Assembly (NCBI GenBank): GCA_001781175.1
Contig: MFKY01000048.1
Coordinates: forward strand, 1 to 58,477
Source: Candidatus Kaiserbacteria bacterium RIFCSPHIGHO2_01_FULL_55_37
GTDB lineage: Bacteria; Patescibacteriota; Minisyncoccia; Phycocordibacterales; UBA2100
Direction of reading: 5' to 3'
DNA length: 58,477 nt
Position 1 is the stretch's first letter, and every line of letters starts with the position of its first letter. Shown here piece after piece: positions 55,427 through 58,477 of the stretch. A model generated the notes under the pieces. That model did not search any database and was not told the DNA's origin. It worked only from the letters and a program-made list of their open reading frames with translations. A program made the translations under genes and the position numbers.

Positions 55427-57247
55427 TTACTGGATGACCTGGAACTGCAGCGTCTGGCTCGTCCCTTGGCTGTTGGTGACGTAGACCGGATATGAACCCG
55501 GAGTGACCGACTGGGTCGCTTGCGCGCAGAAGGTGCCGTACGTCACGACATCGCACGGTGAGACCGAGTACGGAATAGTGTAGTAGATGGTCGTCCCGTT
55601 CTGAGATGGGACGTGCATCACGCCGCCCATCCCGAAGTGTACGGTGTTATCGAGCGCACTGAAGCTACTGCCCTGCAACACCACTTGCGTTCCGACGCGG
55701 CCCACGGCCGGCGAGAGGTACGAGAGCGAAATATTTCCGTACGTACCCGAACCGACGAGGACGGTCGCGCTCGCGGTGTTCTGTTGCCCCTGGTTGTTGC
55801 TGACCGTAAAGACGACGTTGTACGTACCCGGTGTGTTGTACGTGTGTGTGAACGTAAGTGTGTTCGTGCCCGAGTAGCTTGTCTGCGGCGCTGAAGCGTA
55901 GTTCGAGTACGTGCCTTCATCACCCCAGCGTACCGACGTCGTCATGTAGGTATTGTTCTGATTGTTGACCGTTATCGTCCAGGTGCCGACAGTGCCCGTC
56001 GGAAGAGTTGTCGGACCGTTCACACTCGTGATCGTCGGCGCTCCATACGAGCCGGTCGACGTCACTGAGAAGGGCACGCTGTTGCTCGTGAAGCCGGCGA
56101 AATTCGAGACCGACACGTTGTACGTACCGACTGTCACGAACTGCGAGTTGCCGCCCGAAAGTTGCGATGGTACGGTGAATGAGAGAGTGCGGCCGTCGTA
56201 CGAACTGACGCCCGTGATGACGCCGCCGCCGAAACGCACGGTATTCCCCGTCGGGCTGAATCCGTATCCGTTTACCGTGACCACGGTGCCGACCGTGCCC
56301 GAATTCGGAGCAAGACTCATGATGAACGGAGCGTTCCGGTTCGGCGGGCAGTACGTCGAGTTGTACATGCTGTAGTTGTACTGTGTCCCGCCGTAGCCTT
56401 GTGCGTAGGGGGACGGGTAGTCACACGCGGAGTAGCTCGCGATGATGTTGAACGTGAGCGTGTTGCTCGTGCCGCGCGAATTGGTGACGTAGATACCGAC
56501 GCCGCCCGGATTGATGCCCGTCGGAATAGTGACGTTAAGCGACGTACCGTTGCTCGAGGCAACATTTGCGACCGGTTGGCTACCGAAGTAGACGGTGTTG
56601 TTGTAGTAGTCGAGATTCGTTCCGTAGATAGTGATGTTCGTCCCACGCTCGCCGGAAACCGGTGTGATGGAGGTCAGCGACACGCCGTAGTTGTAGGGAG
56701 TATACGGGTTATATGAATTGTAAGGATTGTAAGGATTGTAGTTACTGTACGGATTGTAGGTGCTGTTCGGATTATACGTGTTATTGCAGGTGTACGGATA
56801 GGTGTAGTAACAGTTTATACTGTTGGAATTCGTGTAGTCGTAGAACGTAGGTGCCGTGTATGTGGACGGAGCTGTGTAGGCGAAGTTGAATCCCGTGCCG
56901 CCGCACGTTACGCGTACGATAGCTGCGCGCGTCGCAGCGTCGGCGACACCCGTGACCGGAAGGTTCTGTTCGGTTTGGAAATTGCGGAGAGCCGTCAGTG
57001 TACCGGTACGAAACGTACTGGTTATCATCCATGTGCCGCCTCCACGGTAATTGCGACTGACGAGGAACGTCTGAAGCTCCCTGACTTGGCTCCCGGTCGA
57101 GTTGAATGAGAGGTCGGTGCTGAGATTTACGCACGGACCATAGTACGCAGGAGCGGAATTGATAGGAGCGAGATAGGTCTGGGCCGAGGCGATATTGGCC
57201 CCAAGCGCCACGACGGCCACAAGCGAGGAAACGAGTATTTTGTTCAT
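55427..57247 (-). CDS. Secreted protein with peptidoglycan-binding, IPT/TIG and PKD-like domains
   Basis: G.QV.ELQ.FL...A..NFQ....L..TG.AD..TR; three P..G..GT...I.G..F...N.V.FG repeats; WGD...HTY..PGTY; NPY low-complexity tract. Confidence 0.85.
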   Translation of the reverse strand: MNKILVSSLVAVVALGANIASAQTYLAPINSAPAYYGPCVNLSTDLSFNSTGSQVRELQTFLVSRNYRGGGTWMITSTFRTGTLTALRNFQTEQNLPVTGVADAATRAAIVRVTCGGTGFNFAYTAPSTYTAPTFYDYTNSNSINCYYTYPYTCNNTYNPNSTYNPYSNYNPYNPYNSYNPYTPYNYGVSLTSITPVSGERGTNITIYGTNLDYYNNTVYFGSQPVANVASSNGTSLNVTIPTGINPGGVGIYVTNSRGTSNTLTFNIIASYSACDYPSPYAQGYGGTQYNYSMYNSTYCPPNRNAPFIMSLAPNSGTVGTVVTVNGYGFSPTGNTVRFGGGVITGVSSYDGRTLSFTVPSQLSGGNSQFVTVGTYNVSVSNFAGFTSNSVPFSVTSTGSYGAPTITSVNGPTTLPTGTVGTWTITVNNQNNTYMTTSVRWGDEGTYSNYASAPQTSYSGTNTLTFTHTYNTPGTYNVVFTVSNNQGQQNTASATVLVGSGTYGNISLSYLSPAVGRVGTQVVLQGSSFSALDNTVHFGMGGVMHVPSQNGTTIYYTIPYSVSPCDVVTYGTFCAQATQSVTPGSYPVYVTNSQGTSQTLQFQVIQ

Positions 57248-57329
57248 AAATAGATAAAATATGGCTTAAAACCTTAATAAGTGACCGAAATCACCTTCTG
57301 ACGCCACCACTATGCAACAAGTTAGATTT

Positions 57330-58229
57330 TTATGCAAGCGGGGTCGTCTTTTCACGGGAAAAACCAATTTGGTCCGTCAAAAGCAATACTCCGAACACGA
57401 GCGGAGCGAGCGAGGCAAGCTGCCAGACACTTGGTGTTTGAGAGAGGATAATCCACGCGAAAAGCAACGTGACAAATGGACCAAAGCTCTGCAACGCAGT
57501 CCCTTTAGGTACCGACATGCGATGAATCGCCTCTATCCAAAAAATCTTTGACAGACCCAGCAGAAAAACACCGTTTATTATAAGGAGGAGTAGCGCAGGA
57601 CGAATATCCGCGGTGATATCGACGTGCACTACGTACGCAAGCCCTACGATGAACGGTATTGAGATGAGGCTGCGCAAAAACATTATCATTTCACTCGACG
57701 CAATCAGGCGCGCTTTCTGCTGAAAATAATTTCCGACGGGAGTGAACAGTGTTCCAGCAAGTACAAGCAGGTCGCCACTATTAAACCCGTTGAAATTAGG
57801 TGCAAGTATCACAAGGGCTCCGAGTACCATCAGCACGGAACCAAGGACATGCTGAAGGGAGATGTCACTGGAGCGCAACAATCTGAAAAACACGAACGCT
57901 GTAAAAACTTCAAATAGTACGATTATCGCCGCGTTTCCTGGCGTAGTCTTTTCTAGCCCAAGGAAGTAAAAACCGTAGAAGAGTACGCCTATGGAAATGG
58001 CTATGTAGAGAGAGTACCTCCACAAAACAAGGTTCTTTATCTCAGACCATCTTCGCTGATATGTAAGCATAATCGCGAAAAAAACGGTCGCGAAAACAGT
58101 ACTCCATAAAAACGAAATGGCGGCGGGGACTCCCGCGTATGAGAGAGCAGTAACAACTGGGAAGAGTCCCCAGATGAGAATGCCGGAGAATAGGTATAAC
58201 TCACCCTTTCGTGTCTCCGATAGGGCCAT
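57330..58229 (-). CDS. DMT/EamA family transporter
   Basis: About 10 TMs in two EamA-like halves; TATAAT 6 nt before the ATG. Confidence 0.88.
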   Translation of the reverse strand: MALSETRKGELYLFSGILIWGLFPVVTALSYAGVPAAISFLWSTVFATVFFAIMLTYQRRWSEIKNLVLWRYSLYIAISIGVLFYGFYFLGLEKTTPGNAAIIVLFEVFTAFVFFRLLRSSDISLQHVLGSVLMVLGALVILAPNFNGFNSGDLLVLAGTLFTPVGNYFQQKARLIASSEMIMFLRSLISIPFIVGLAYVVHVDITADIRPALLLLIINGVFLLGLSKIFWIEAIHRMSVPKGTALQSFGPFVTLLFAWIILSQTPSVWQLASLAPLVFGVLLLTDQIGFSREKTTPLA

Positions 58230-58249
58230 CGGGTGATTATACCAACGGG

Positions 58250-58477
58250 TTAGCGGGAAAAGCGGCGCGGGCCACGTGACGGTCCGCGGGACGGCGTTCG
58301 TGAATGCGTAGCGCGGCGTGGGCGGCTGCCGAATCCGGAGCCACCTCTCGGCGTGTAGCCCCCCGGCTGTGGACGGCTGAATCTGCGCGGGCGGTCGTCG
58401 TTTACGTATGGCTGCGCTGCGCGGGCTGGCGGGAGCGCGGGCAGTACGGAAATGGGAACGGTCTTGCGGATGAGATT
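58250..58477 (-). CDS. 3' end of a gene truncated by the window edge, probably a DEAD-box RNA helicase tail
   Basis: Open frame NLIRKTVP... followed by an Arg/Gly/Pro-rich tail ending in TAA. Confidence 0.5.
   Translation of the reverse strand, partial: NLIRKTVPISVLPALPPARAAQPYVNDDRPRRFSRPQPGGYTPRGGSGFGSRPRRATHSRTPSRGPSRGPRRFSR

Noticed and set aside
56690..56790. GGATTGTA-type repeats as a possible array
   Set aside because: They encode the YNP low-complexity linker of the IPT/TIG surface protein

Overview
A high-GC bacterial chromosomal window of about 55 genes, most on the minus strand. Gene content and style suggest Patescibacteria/CPR (Parcubacteria-like); this is an inference. Supporting cues are giant secreted low-complexity proteins, a solo PaaX/Cas2-like gene, Gmad2 and IPT/TIG surface proteins, and pervasive leaderless -10 promoters. 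Housekeeping genes include groES/groEL, secG, rnj, mutY-like, murF-like, nth, yvcK, maf, metK with a SAM-I/IV-type riboswitch, glmS, a pyrD-like gene, msrB and typA. The most striking unexplained signal is that three unrelated genes (rnj, metK, pyrD-like) are each followed by a short palindromic element and then a second, synonymously recoded copy of their own last 10-17 codons. Related CCCCG...GGGG|TG miniature elements, 32-36 nt palindromes flanking the solo wHTH-Cas2-like gene, and palindromes translated in frame inside mutY, yvcK and an ABC binding protein point to an active palindrome-associated mobility or recombination system. The left end carries two apparently paralogous giant exported proteins with different cargo (OmpA-like domain versus lysozyme-like plus ART-like domains) around DUF2207, SleB and LemA genes. 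All family calls come from motif recognition, not database searches.
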